A DNA stretch of 64,000 nt from an uncultured Thermococci archaeon (GTDB taxonomy: Archaea; Methanobacteriota_B; Thermococci; Methanofastidiosales; B48-G16). The position numbers and the translations under genes were made by a program. The DNA is taken from contig CAZQQT010000002.1 of the NCBI GenBank assembly GCA_964595645.1, forward strand, positions 32,001 through 96,000, read 5' to 3'. Under the pieces are notes generated by a model. The model ran no database searches. It saw nothing but the letters and a program-made list of their open reading frames with translations, and was not told the DNA's origin. Shown piece by piece: positions 41,234-50,986 of the stretch; position 1 is the stretch's first letter, and every line of letters begins with the position of its first letter.

Positions 41234-41751
41234 GGTGCTTCCTTACTTTTTCTCTCATTATATATCTTCTTCCCATACAGGATCAGCGCGTTTATTACCA
41301 CCGCAAGTACAATATACACATAGTAGTTTTGGTAGTGGAGAATCAGTTGCACTTCCTCACTTTTACCCCCTTCGTACTCAATCCATATAGTGATCGTGTA
41401 CGTGCCCGGGGCTGTATAAAGTGGAAGATCCATCTTATGCGTGCCTTCGTGGATTTCAGAGGGATACAGATCCTCCTCCCATTCGATAGAAGTTCTGTTG
41501 ACTACAAAGTTTCCCAGCGTGGTATATTTTACTCTGCTTTTGATTGATTTTGTCTGTACTATCGCAGATGAAACGTTTTTCACTGTCATATCCATTACTA
41601 ACTTTTCTCCAGATTTTATTGAGAGTTCATCATTCATCAATTTCAGCTCTAGAGTGGATTTTTCTTCTGTTTTTGAGATTTCCCCGTATACTACGGTGAA
41701 AAATAATGCTACGAGCAGACAGAGAGCGAGGCACCTCTTCTCCATATGCAC
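41230..41751 (-). CDS. Exported Ig-like protein with C-terminal anchor
   Basis: Signal-like N-terminus, APGTYTITIWIEY, C-terminal TM. Confidence 0.55.
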   Translation of the reverse strand: MHMEKRCLALCLLVALFFTVVYGEISKTEEKSTLELKLMNDELSIKSGEKLVMDMTVKNVSSAIVQTKSIKSRVKYTTLGNFVVNRTSIEWEEDLYPSEIHEGTHKMDLPLYTAPGTYTITIWIEYEGGKSEEVQLILHYQNYYVYIVLAVVINALILYGKKIYNERKSKEAP

Positions 41752-41823
41752 ACTTCCAAAAGAAGGTATATAAAATTTTCTAAATCACAACTTTTTTATG
41801 CTGTCTACTAATATAGAGAAGCA

Positions 41824-42291
41824 ATGGATATATTAATGAAACCCTCCGCAATTACCGTTTTATATACTCTTTCTACAGTGACACTTGTAGTTCCTGTTCT
41901 AATTTTTGATTTGATAGATTATAGGTTCGCAGAAGTAGCTGTAGTTATTTCTTTACTTTTATATATAGTGTACTCTGTTTTAGAAAAATATCTGGAGGCA
42001 AAAGAAGAACTACTACTCTATCAGGCGTCTTTCTTTCTCCTCATCGGAGCTTTTTTGTCACTGGGAGAAACATTATATTATTTCCCTCTCTTCCTTTTTC
42101 CTTACACCGTAATAATGAGAAAGGAGATTGATTTTAATTCGAACGAACTGCTGAAAGTAGGTTTTTCCGTGCTTGCGTTTTGGATACTTCTCATACAATT
42201 CAACGATCTTGGATATTTTGGGCTTTTTCTTGCTATCAGCGCTGGACTTCTCATATACCTTCTGAATGATGTTATAGAAAGCAAAGAATAA
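41824..42291 (+). CDS. Hypothetical membrane protein
   Basis: Hydrophobic ORF filling the intergenic gap. Confidence 0.6.
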   Translation: MDILMKPSAITVLYTLSTVTLVVPVLIFDLIDYRFAEVAVVISLLLYIVYSVLEKYLEAKEELLLYQASFFLLIGAFLSLGETLYYFPLFLFPYTVIMRKEIDFNSNELLKVGFSVLAFWILLIQFNDLGYFGLFLAISAGLLIYLLNDVIESKE

Positions 42292-42295
42292 GTTA

Positions 42296-43834
42296 TCACA
42301 CAAAGAATCTCTTAAATATTTTTTTCGCCCACTTAAAGTTTAGTCCGTACTTTTTTCCGAAAGCTATCAAAATATCTAGATCTTCTTCTTTCAGTGCTCT
42401 CGTTACAAGGATAAAGAATCCGTAAATAATACCATAAATAATGCTTTTTAGTAAGAATGTATACGTATTTGCAGGAATAATCTGATTCAGCATGAAAAAA
42501 ATAAAAAGAGAGATAAATGCACTCCCAGCATACTTTAGATAATATGCAAGATGAAAGTCTGTCGGCAGCAGTGTTCTAAGCTTCAAAAAGTTGATAATGT
42601 TCCAGAGCGCCATGCAAAACGATGTGGCAAAAGCAGCACCTTCTATTCCAAATCTTGGAATGAGAAGTATATTCATTGCAATATTCAGAAGGACCACACA
42701 TGATTGGACTTTAAAAATGAAGTTTTGTTTTTCATACACTTGCAGTAGTATACCTACAGCACCGACAATGGCGTTAATAAATGTACCGAAGGATAAAATA
42801 ATCAATGCCATGTATGCAGGTTTATATTCCGCTCCAAAAAAGAGAAAAATAAAATTTTCGGGGAAAAATACAAAGAGGAGAAAGAGAGGAAAGGTGAAGA
42901 GAAAAATCCATCGTGTCACTGTCCCATATGTTTCTTTTAAATCATTAAACTGTTTTTTTGTGTATAATTCAGACGCAATAGAGTAGAATAATTGATTGAA
43001 AGACATCAAAACTAAGATCAGGATAAACGCCAACGGATATGCTGCGTTGTACAGTCCAACGTAGTACTCTTTCATGAAATATCCTATGAGAAAACTGTCA
43101 CTTCGTCTGAGTACAGTACCGAGAAGACCAACGAACAATAAAGGGATAGAGAAAGAAAGTACTCTTCCTCGATCGATTGTTTCGATTTTATTTTTAAAGA
43201 TCGAGAATATCTTTGTTTCCAAAATGAGAAAAGTTAATACTGAAGAGATAACAAAAGAGAATAAGTACACGTAACTCACATCGATGAGCGTACCTCCCAT
43301 AAAAAGCACGATAAATGTCAACACAAAGATCAATGCTCCTCTCCCAAAAGTTTCTATCAACACTTTCTCTTTCGGTCGTTTAAAAGACAAAAAAACATAT
43401 AAAAGAAGATAAAAAATAGTATAAAATGGTATTACAAATGAAAATATCTTTAAAACAGATATTAATTGCTCTGATCCAAAAAAAGCACTTATAGTTTCAG
43501 TAAAAAAGTAAATAATAGACGCAATAATTGATCCTGCCACGAATGATAATCCCAACCCGAAGACGAGAAGATGCTTTATTTTGCCAGTTTCTTCCTTCGT
43601 ATTATACTCGGGGATAAACTTTCTAAAAGCCTGTGCGAACCCGAGACATGAGAGAGTCATTGAAACCCCTACAACAATAAGCGCCAACGAAAGTACGCCG
43701 TAGTCTTCTGGAGACAAGTAGCGCGCAACCAGTACTTTATAGAAGAAATCGAAGGCTCCAAGCAGCGCATACCCAACAAATATGATGCTTCCACCTTTCG
43801 CTATCTGTCGGAGCGCGATCTGTTTCTCGTCCAT
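42296..43834 (-). CDS. Oligosaccharide flippase (Wzx/AglR-like)
   Basis: ARYLSPEDYG, VGLYNAA, LIPRFGIEGAA. Confidence 0.92.
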   Translation of the reverse strand: MDEKQIALRQIAKGGSIIFVGYALLGAFDFFYKVLVARYLSPEDYGVLSLALIVVGVSMTLSCLGFAQAFRKFIPEYNTKEETGKIKHLLVFGLGLSFVAGSIIASIIYFFTETISAFFGSEQLISVLKIFSFVIPFYTIFYLLLYVFLSFKRPKEKVLIETFGRGALIFVLTFIVLFMGGTLIDVSYVYLFSFVISSVLTFLILETKIFSIFKNKIETIDRGRVLSFSIPLLFVGLLGTVLRRSDSFLIGYFMKEYYVGLYNAAYPLAFILILVLMSFNQLFYSIASELYTKKQFNDLKETYGTVTRWIFLFTFPLFLLFVFFPENFIFLFFGAEYKPAYMALIILSFGTFINAIVGAVGILLQVYEKQNFIFKVQSCVVLLNIAMNILLIPRFGIEGAAFATSFCMALWNIINFLKLRTLLPTDFHLAYYLKYAGSAFISLFIFFMLNQIIPANTYTFLLKSIIYGIIYGFFILVTRALKEEDLDILIAFGKKYGLNFKWAKKIFKRFFV

Positions 43835-43884
43835 GAACTTACCAAGCGAGTATAATTTATAAATCTACCAGTAGGACACGAGAA

Positions 43885-44901
43885 CTATTCGCTCAGGTTC
43901 TCACAGAAAAATTCTAGCTTTTTATAGTCGGGTTCAACGCTATCTGTATAGAAGTCAAGTCCAAAATCAGCTGCTACTTTCATTATTCTCTCGATTTGAT
44001 CACTTTTAAGATTTTCCTTCCATTTACGCAATTGATAGTCTTTTTTCACTACTTTTTGGACATCTCCTTGTGTGACCTTACTTGGAATAGTAAGGTGTTT
44101 TACCGCGTTGTTTGGCACAGGTTCACCTACAAAATCATAGAGTCGTTGCAGTTCGTCCACTCCTTCAGCTACAAGTTTTTCATAGGGCACGATATACCAA
44201 TTTTTAGCGTACTTCGATGTGAGTGGAATATATGTATCGAGAGACCACACAGCAGCTAATATCTCTTCTTTATATTCCAAACCTTTAATTTTTTCACGAA
44301 ATTGAGGATAATCGGATTCAAGTTCTCGAACCTCTTTTTCCAATTGTTCTTTATGAGGTCGTTTTTCATCGAAGGTGGGCGTGAGATGATTGTATCCGTA
44401 ATAGCCACTTTTTAACTGGGAAGCGATTGTTGCGCAAGGATGCCGTACCACTAGGACCACACTTCGCACAGCAAGATGGTTGTGTATCCATGGCAAAAGC
44501 CTGTTTGCACGGATCGTCTTCACGACGATTTTCGTACTCAGCACACGATGAAGGAGGAAATGAGGTTCAACACGGATGTACGGGCTCTGACTGATGGTCT
44601 TTCCAGAGAATGCCGTTTCAAGATATTTTTTCCCGCGTCCCCATCGTTCTTCTGGCGGTATGTATGTTCTCGATTGAAATCCGACCTTATACGACTCTGG
44701 AAACCATTTTGGATGGAGGGGTTCAAACAGTGTCGTGTAGTGAGGCAACCACCCAAGGAGCTCCATTACCCACGTACTACCCGATCGAGGAGTGCTAGCA
44801 ACAAGAATTGTATCCTCTATCCTCATATCCTTGCTCTTTATGGCTATCGTATCAAATAGACATGCACCCTTTCTTCTAATCCCGTATAGGATACCTCTCA
44901 C
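43885..44901 (-). CDS. PAPS-dependent sulfotransferase
   Basis: STPRSGSTW, LFEPL, VRHPCA..S, YEKLV; GTG start overlapping upstream stop. Confidence 0.85.
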   Translation of the reverse strand: MRGILYGIRRKGACLFDTIAIKSKDMRIEDTILVASTPRSGSTWVMELLGWLPHYTTLFEPLHPKWFPESYKVGFQSRTYIPPEERWGRGKKYLETAFSGKTISQSPYIRVEPHFLLHRVLSTKIVVKTIRANRLLPWIHNHLAVRSVVLVVRHPCATIASQLKSGYYGYNHLTPTFDEKRPHKEQLEKEVRELESDYPQFREKIKGLEYKEEILAAVWSLDTYIPLTSKYAKNWYIVPYEKLVAEGVDELQRLYDFVGEPVPNNAVKHLTIPSKVTQGDVQKVVKKDYQLRKWKENLKSDQIERIMKVAADFGLDFYTDSVEPDYKKLEFFCENLSE

Positions 44902-45761
44902 CTCGTAAAGAGAGACACAAGCACACCGACACTCCATCCGATGTTTATGAGGATTAATACAATAAAGCCGTATAATCTATATGAGTTCAAACTCAGAACA
45001 ACGGACAGCATGTGCACAAAAAACAGGATCAGTGTAATTTTCCAACTGAGAATTATCAACAGCAAAAGGACCAATGGCACGAACCGTAACCAAAAGGACA
45101 TGTCGAAATATTTCCCGTGAGAAAAGAACGTTTTTCTGCTTCTTTTCCCTATCTTGTACTCTTTTTTCATTACACCTCGTACAGTTTTAGGGTCTTTATG
45201 ATACGCAACAGCGTCATTATCAATTTTTACTATGTACCCTTGCTCTTCTATTTGCCATGAGAGATCAACATCTTCTCCAACTTCCCCCTTACTCAAAAGA
45301 TCGCGAAATTTTTTCCGGAATGCCATTGTCCCGCCGGAAGCCCAGTCTCTCCTTTTATAGAACAGTCCTCTCAATGAATCAAGACCCTTCGCGATCCAGT
45401 TGTTCCCGTAGGATTGGATATAACCTCCAACTATCCCGACGTGTTCATCATCAAAGTGGTTGATGATATTCTCAATAAATTTCTCATCGAAAATCTCGTC
45501 GGCGTCTACTGTAATGATTATCTCGCCCTGTACCTTAGACACACCGAAATGTCGGGCATTTCGGAGACCGCGGTGATCTCTTTCAAAAATTGTCATATCG
45601 AAATCATTTTCATAATTTTTCACTATCTCTATAGTGTTATCAGTGGAGCCGTCATCCACCACTATAAGTTCAAAATTCTTATATGTCTGGTTTTTTAACG
45701 ACTCTAAGCACTCTTCTATATTTTTTTCTTCGTTGTACACACAGAGCACTACAGAGTTCAT
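44898..45761 (-). CDS. GT2 glycosyltransferase
   Basis: VYNEE, DDGSTD, DAD, GEDVDL. Confidence 0.9.
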   Translation of the reverse strand: MNSVVLCVYNEEKNIEECLESLKNQTYKNFELIVVDDGSTDNTIEIVKNYENDFDMTIFERDHRGLRNARHFGVSKVQGEIIITVDADEIFDEKFIENIINHFDDEHVGIVGGYIQSYGNNWIAKGLDSLRGLFYKRRDWASGGTMAFRKKFRDLLSKGEVGEDVDLSWQIEEQGYIVKIDNDAVAYHKDPKTVRGVMKKEYKIGKRSRKTFFSHGKYFDMSFWLRFVPLVLLLLIILSWKITLILFFVHMLSVVLSLNSYRLYGFIVLILINIGWSVGVLVSLFTR

Positions 45762-45802
45762 TGTGATACCATATGGAGAGAATTTAAATTAGTTTCCTTT
45801 CA

Positions 45803-46780
45803 CTACCTAGAAATTCCATATACACATCCCATCCCGTAACAGATGACACTCGTTATGTACGTAATGAAGATACGTCCCACATAGTTGATTTTCTTGTGTT
45901 TTGGATAGGTAGAAAGCGAAAAAATGAGAGAAGATGCCACGAAGAAAAGAAGTATCAACAATAATAAACGGAATAGAGTGAATGATATAACATAAGAAGG
46001 AATCAAAAAGATCATTGAGATAATATAGGCTATAGGAATTGAATAGAGCGCTTTAAACGATTTCGGATGTTTTTTTACTATCTCTGCCCTTGCTTTTCCA
46101 TACTCCCACATTCGGTTTCCCCATTGTGATAAACTTGATCTCATTTTGTGATACACCACAGCCTCAGGCGTATACAATAGTGTATAGCCTTGCTTTCTTA
46201 TTCTATGGTTGAGTTCAGCATCCTGTCCTGTGGCAAACACTTCGTCATACGTAAGATTTCTTAAAATCTCTTTTTTGTAGAGCGCATTGCAGTTGGGAAT
46301 ACTCTCAACTACTTTTTCCTCTTCAAAATGACCTCCTTGAGTAGACCCCAATCCTCCCCACCATGTGTCCACCATATATCCTAGAGCCTCTACAAAAGCA
46401 GATGCGTTTTTTGGTATCCTTGTGTCCCCGCCAATGCCTGCAACTTCGTTATTTTTCCTCAAAATTGTTGAAACTAATGATTCAAGCCAGGTTTCTTCAA
46501 CTTCTACGTCAGCATCGGTCAGCGCAATATACTCTCCTTCGGCGTGTTCTACGCCAATGTTTCTTCCAGTAGCGGCATTTTTCTTTGGATTGTTTAACAG
46601 TGTTACCGCATCATACTGTTCCACAACCTCTCTGGTGCTGTCGGTGGATCCGCCGTCTACCACAATGATCTTATACTTTTCTTTGGGGTACGTTTGGTCA
46701 ATGAGAGAATCTAAGCACTCTTCTATATTTTTTTCTTCATTATAGGTTGGTACCACCACAGACACAGCAGGATATCCCAT
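45803..46780 (-). CDS. GT2 glycosyltransferase with C-terminal TMs
   Basis: VVVPTYNEE, DGGSTD, TDAD, QDAEL. Confidence 0.9.
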   Translation of the reverse strand: MGYPAVSVVVPTYNEEKNIEECLDSLIDQTYPKEKYKIIVVDGGSTDSTREVVEQYDAVTLLNNPKKNAATGRNIGVEHAEGEYIALTDADVEVEETWLESLVSTILRKNNEVAGIGGDTRIPKNASAFVEALGYMVDTWWGGLGSTQGGHFEEEKVVESIPNCNALYKKEILRNLTYDEVFATGQDAELNHRIRKQGYTLLYTPEAVVYHKMRSSLSQWGNRMWEYGKARAEIVKKHPKSFKALYSIPIAYIISMIFLIPSYVISFTLFRLLLLILLFFVASSLIFSLSTYPKHKKINYVGRIFITYITSVICYGMGCVYGISR

Positions 46781-46852
46781 TCCAATTCCTTCTCTATAAA
46801 AACTATAATACCTGATTCTAATAAGTCTTGCTCTTATAAACCTCACCCAACC

Positions 46853-46881
46853 TTTTTAAATAATGACATATAACGATATGT
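46853..46881 (+). promoter_or_regulatory. TATA-like box plus ACATAT-N4-ATATGT inverted repeat upstream of RHH-sat operon
   Basis: tttttaaat then acatat-aacg-atatgt (46866-46881). Confidence 0.45.
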
Positions 46882-46904
46882 AATTGAAATATATTGGTGA
46901 TAGA

Positions 46905-47132
46905 ATGCCGAAGGAAAAAAAGTACACAACGGTGTCAATTCCAAAACAGCTGGCAGAGAAGATAGAGGGAAGAATAGAGGACACAGGATTCAACTCCGTG
47001 TCCAGCTACGTCACGTACGTTCTACGAGAAGTGCTCTCAAGCCTCGAGGAAGAGAAAAAGGAAGAAGTATTCAGCAAAGAGGAAGAAGAAAAGGTGAAAG
47101 AGAGACTGCGATCACTGGGATACCTCGACTGA
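46905..47132 (+). CDS. Ribbon-helix-helix (CopG-like) protein with acidic ERLRSLGY tail
   Basis: YTTVSIP..L..KI..GFNSVSSYVTYVLREVL; tail EEEEKVKERLRSLGYLD; GGTGA RBS. Confidence 0.85.
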   Translation: MPKEKKYTTVSIPKQLAEKIEGRIEDTGFNSVSSYVTYVLREVLSSLEEEKKEEVFSKEEEEKVKERLRSLGYLD

Positions 47133-47142
47133 GGAGATACCA

Positions 47143-48270
47143 ATGAATGAACCCCACGGCGGTCGGTTAGTGCGTCGTATCCTCCCGGAAAAAAATAAAG
47201 AGAAAATTTTAGAACAAAAAGAAGAGTTTCAAAAAACACAGTTAACCGATGAACAGGTAAAAGACGTAAAAAACATTGGCTTCGGTGTGTACTCTCCATT
47301 GAAGGGATTTTTGCATGAACAGGAGTTTGAAAGTGTTGTAAACGGCATGCGGCTCCCCAACGAGCTCGCTTGGTCCGTTCCTATCGTGCTAGACACGGAT
47401 AAAGACGTCGACGATGAGATACTCCTGACCGATAAACGAGGAAAGGTGATTGCACTGATGGAGGTAGAGGATCGGTACACCTACAACAAACACCATGTCG
47501 TGAAGAACGTGTTCAACACGAAGGAAAAGGATCATCCCGGCGTGGCCGATGTCTACGAGATGGGTGACACACTTCTCGGCGGTGACATCCAGCTTATCGA
47601 CACGGAGAAAACGCCGTTTTACCAGATGTACCTCGAACCGAAGGAAACACGAATCCTCTTTAAAGAGCTGGGGTGGGATACTATTGTTGCATTCCAGACG
47701 AGAAATGCGCCCCATCGAGGGCATGAGTACCTCCAGAAGTCCGCGCTGGAGATTGTGGATGGCCTCTTCATCAACCCGGTGATCGGCAAAAAGAAGCCGG
47801 GAGATTTTACGGATGAGGTCATCCTCACCGCGTACAAGATCCTCATGGAGCACTACTTCCCGAAGAATCGTGTAGTCATGAGTATTCTCCCAACGAAAAT
47901 GCGGTACGCGGGGCCGAGAGAGGCAATTTTCCATGCCATCGTACGAAAAAACTATGGATGCACCCATTTTATTGTGGGCCGTGACCATGCGGGGGTAGGC
48001 GACTACTACGGCACGTATGACGCACAGAAAATCTTTGAGAAGTTTGACTACGAGGAGCTGGAGATTACCCCGTTGAAGTTCGAACATGCCGGCTACTGTG
48101 AGAAGTGTGGGGGATACGTCTCCATGAAGACCTGTCCGCACGAAAAAATACCGCCGAGCGGGACGAAAATACGGAAGATGCTCCAGGCCAAGGAACTCCC
48201 GCCGGAGGAGCTCATGCGGAAGGAAGTTGCCCAGTACATTGTGGGCGTAGAGAACCCATTCGTGATGTAG
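47143..48270 (+). CDS. sat: Sulfate adenylyltransferase
   Basis: FQTRNAPHRGHE, MRYAGPREA, GRDHAG. Confidence 0.96.
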   Translation: MNEPHGGRLVRRILPEKNKEKILEQKEEFQKTQLTDEQVKDVKNIGFGVYSPLKGFLHEQEFESVVNGMRLPNELAWSVPIVLDTDKDVDDEILLTDKRGKVIALMEVEDRYTYNKHHVVKNVFNTKEKDHPGVADVYEMGDTLLGGDIQLIDTEKTPFYQMYLEPKETRILFKELGWDTIVAFQTRNAPHRGHEYLQKSALEIVDGLFINPVIGKKKPGDFTDEVILTAYKILMEHYFPKNRVVMSILPTKMRYAGPREAIFHAIVRKNYGCTHFIVGRDHAGVGDYYGTYDAQKIFEKFDYEELEITPLKFEHAGYCEKCGGYVSMKTCPHEKIPPSGTKIRKMLQAKELPPEELMRKEVAQYIVGVENPFVM

Positions 48271-49167
48271 ATGATCGTGCACCACTGGGACTGTGACGGG
48301 ATCTGTTCGGCGGCGTTACTGAAGGCCATTGAGGACGGAGAGCTATTCGTTCCGCGAAATTTCTTCCTGACGAACAACGAGAAACAGATCCTTACAAAGA
48401 AGGAGCCAGAGACTATCTACCTCGTCGATATCGCCCTCCCCAGTGAGGATATTCAGTTCCTCAGGGAGTTAGCGGAGCTGCATATCTTCGATCACCACAA
48501 GCGAGAGGAGCAAGAGGAACACTTCCACGTCGATGAGAATGCGCCGGCGACAGCAGTGATTATTCACGACTACTACGACCTTTCCAATGATCTTCTGCCC
48601 GTACTTGGTGCCGTCGGGGATGAAGAGGAGGCAATTCTTGACACACCATATAAAGAAACAGTGGAGTATGTGATGGAGGAGTACAGTCTCACCTTCGATC
48701 AACTCCTGCGAATCACTGAGCTCCTCGACTCACACTACATCCTCAACGATTTCGACGCCGTGAAAAAAAGCGTGGATTTTGTATTACGACATGGGGATGA
48801 TCCACACAGTATTCTGGAGAGCCCCACACTAAACGAGAACGTGAAAACAATAGAGCACACGATTGAAAACGGTATCGAAGACCACACCGTTGAGAATGCG
48901 TATGTGCTGTGTGAGATCGATACGCCGTACAGGATTATCTCACAGGTTACCAGAAGACTCTTTAAAAGGTATCCTCAGAAAACGGTGATTGTGGTGAACA
49001 GGAAGAAGGGAAATATCTACGTGCGATCACACAACGATCTCTCCCCGCTTATTACTCACGCGAAGGAACGATACTGCGCAGGCGGAAAAACGCATGTATG
49101 CGGTATTATTTTACCAGAAAAGGATATAAACGACTATATAGAAACAATAAAAGAACTCACAGGGTGA
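48271..49167 (+). CDS. DHH phosphoesterase (probable PAP phosphatase)
   Basis: HHWDCDGI, DHH, GGK..CG; lies between sat and sulfotransferase. Confidence 0.8.
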   Translation: MIVHHWDCDGICSAALLKAIEDGELFVPRNFFLTNNEKQILTKKEPETIYLVDIALPSEDIQFLRELAELHIFDHHKREEQEEHFHVDENAPATAVIIHDYYDLSNDLLPVLGAVGDEEEAILDTPYKETVEYVMEEYSLTFDQLLRITELLDSHYILNDFDAVKKSVDFVLRHGDDPHSILESPTLNENVKTIEHTIENGIEDHTVENAYVLCEIDTPYRIISQVTRRLFKRYPQKTVIVVNRKKGNIYVRSHNDLSPLITHAKERYCAGGKTHVCGIILPEKDINDYIETIKELTG

Positions 49168-49171
49168 GAAA

Positions 49172-49723
49172 ATGGTAAATTATATTGTGTCGGGCATTGA
49201 ACGATCAGGGACTTCAATGATGATGCAGATTCTCGATAGAGGAGGAGCTCCCGTGGCGTACGACGAGTCCCGGGAACCGGACTACCACAATCCAAAGGGC
49301 TACTACGAATTGGAAGGTGGCAAGGTCATTGAGAAACTCAAGGATGGTACCTTCTCCTTCGACAAGTATGAGGACAAAGTGGTGAAAATCACCGCCTACG
49401 GACTCAAGTTCCTCCCGGAACGAACGTACAAAGTGGTCTACATGACACGGGATCTCGATGAGGTGATGGATTCCATGGAAAAAATGGCGGGATCCGTCGA
49501 TAGAGAGAAAGAGAAGCCACTGTTTCAAAAGTTGCACGAGTTTTCACTGGATCTCATGGAAGATCGGGATGACATCGACTACCTCGTAGTGAACCACAGG
49601 GATGTCATCGAGAATCCAGTAGAGGAGACGAAGCGAGTCAATGACTTTTTGGGGGGAATGCTTGACGTGGAGACAGGAGCAGAAGCGGTGGATCCCGATC
49701 TCCATCGAAACGTACGAGAATGA
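49172..49723 (+). CDS. Small sulfotransferase-family protein
   Basis: VSGIERSGTSMMMQIL, NPKGYYE, YMTRD..S. Confidence 0.82.
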   Translation: MVNYIVSGIERSGTSMMMQILDRGGAPVAYDESREPDYHNPKGYYELEGGKVIEKLKDGTFSFDKYEDKVVKITAYGLKFLPERTYKVVYMTRDLDEVMDSMEKMAGSVDREKEKPLFQKLHEFSLDLMEDRDDIDYLVVNHRDVIENPVEETKRVNDFLGGMLDVETGAEAVDPDLHRNVRE

Positions 49724-49732
49724 GGTGAAGGC

Positions 49733-50263
49733 ATGACAGGATTTGTACTATGGTTTACTGGATTATCAGCGTCGGGGAAGTCCGCGGTCGCTGATAGGGT
49801 TGCGGAGCGATTGAAGAAACGGGGACTCAAGATAGAACGGCTCGACGGCGATATCGTGCGGAAAAGTCTTACCAAGGATCTCGGGTTTACCGAGGAGGAT
49901 CGCAATGAGAATATCAAACGGGTGACCTTCGTTGCCAAGTTGTTATCGAGGAACGATGTAGGCGTCATCGCCTCCTTTATCTCGCCCTACCGCGCAGTAC
50001 GGGATCATGTGCGAGAAGAGGTCACGAACTTCGTGGAGATATTCGCCCACTGTCCTCTCGAGGTATGCATTGAGCGGGATCCGAAGGGCCTCTATAAAAA
50101 GGCATTGAACGGGGAGGTAGACAATTTCACCGGCATTTCTCATCCGTATGAAGAGCCAAAGGATCCGGACATACGACTGGAGACGCACAAGGAGAGCATC
50201 GAAGAAAGTACGGAAAAAGTCATTAAAAAAATCGAAGCAATGGGTCTTATTTCTTCGGATTGA
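49733..50263 (+). CDS. cysC: Adenylyl-sulfate kinase
   Basis: WFTGLSASGKS, LDGD, RDPKGLY, FTGIS.PYE. Confidence 0.96.
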   Translation: MTGFVLWFTGLSASGKSAVADRVAERLKKRGLKIERLDGDIVRKSLTKDLGFTEEDRNENIKRVTFVAKLLSRNDVGVIASFISPYRAVRDHVREEVTNFVEIFAHCPLEVCIERDPKGLYKKALNGEVDNFTGISHPYEEPKDPDIRLETHKESIEESTEKVIKKIEAMGLISSD

Positions 50264-50417
50264 AGTGTTCTTTTCTCATTTTTCTTTTCTCATACTATTT
50301 TTACCCTATACCATATTTTCTCCGATATACTTTTTCTTCCGGTTTCTTTTAATTCAATAAGGATAAAATATTTAAATATACAAAATATATCGTAATGTGT
50401 AATAAGGAGGATGTAAC

Positions 50418-50981
50418 ATGAAAAAGAAATTGGTAGTATTTTTGATAGCAACAATGATGTTTACGCTGTTTAGCGGCTGCTCAGACGAAGAGTCCACGAC
50501 GACAACCCCCGCACCTACCACGACACCACCGAACTTCGTGACGTACGAGAGCGCACCGGACAATGTCCGCATCATGTACCCCAAGGAGTGGGAGAAAATG
50601 GAGGACTACCAGAACACCGTGGTGCTGTTCCGGTCACCCCCGGAAGATGACACCGATGTTTTCCAGGAAAACCTCAATATCGTGGTGGGAACGTCATCGT
50701 CTACGGATTTAGAGAAGTTCACCGATGCGAACATTGAAGAGATTGAGAAATCCTTTACCGACGTGAAACTGGTGAGTAACACGTCCACGACCCTCGCAGG
50801 AGTCGCTGCACGTGAGGTCGTCTTTACCCTCGAGCAAAAGGATTACACGATTAAACTGATGCAAATCTACGCGCTTAAGGAGGGCAATGCGTACGTCATT
50901 ACCTACACAGCAGAAGAAGATGCATATTCAGAGTATCTCACGACAGCACGCGCAATGATCGCTACATTCGAAATTCTTTAA
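50418..50981 (+). CDS. Lipoprotein, PsbP/DcrB-like
   Basis: Lipobox FSGC, Thr/Pro linker, YPKEW, FQENLNI, AYVITYT. Confidence 0.75.
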   Translation: MKKKLVVFLIATMMFTLFSGCSDEESTTTTPAPTTTPPNFVTYESAPDNVRIMYPKEWEKMEDYQNTVVLFRSPPEDDTDVFQENLNIVVGTSSSTDLEKFTDANIEEIEKSFTDVKLVSNTSTTLAGVAAREVVFTLEQKDYTIKLMQIYALKEGNAYVITYTAEEDAYSEYLTTARAMIATFEIL

Positions 50982-50986
50982 CGGTG

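Noticed and set aside
47143-50263. sat as evidence for dissimilatory or assimilatory sulfate reduction
   Set aside because: Linked to cysC and sulfotransferases; no apr, dsr or cysH here
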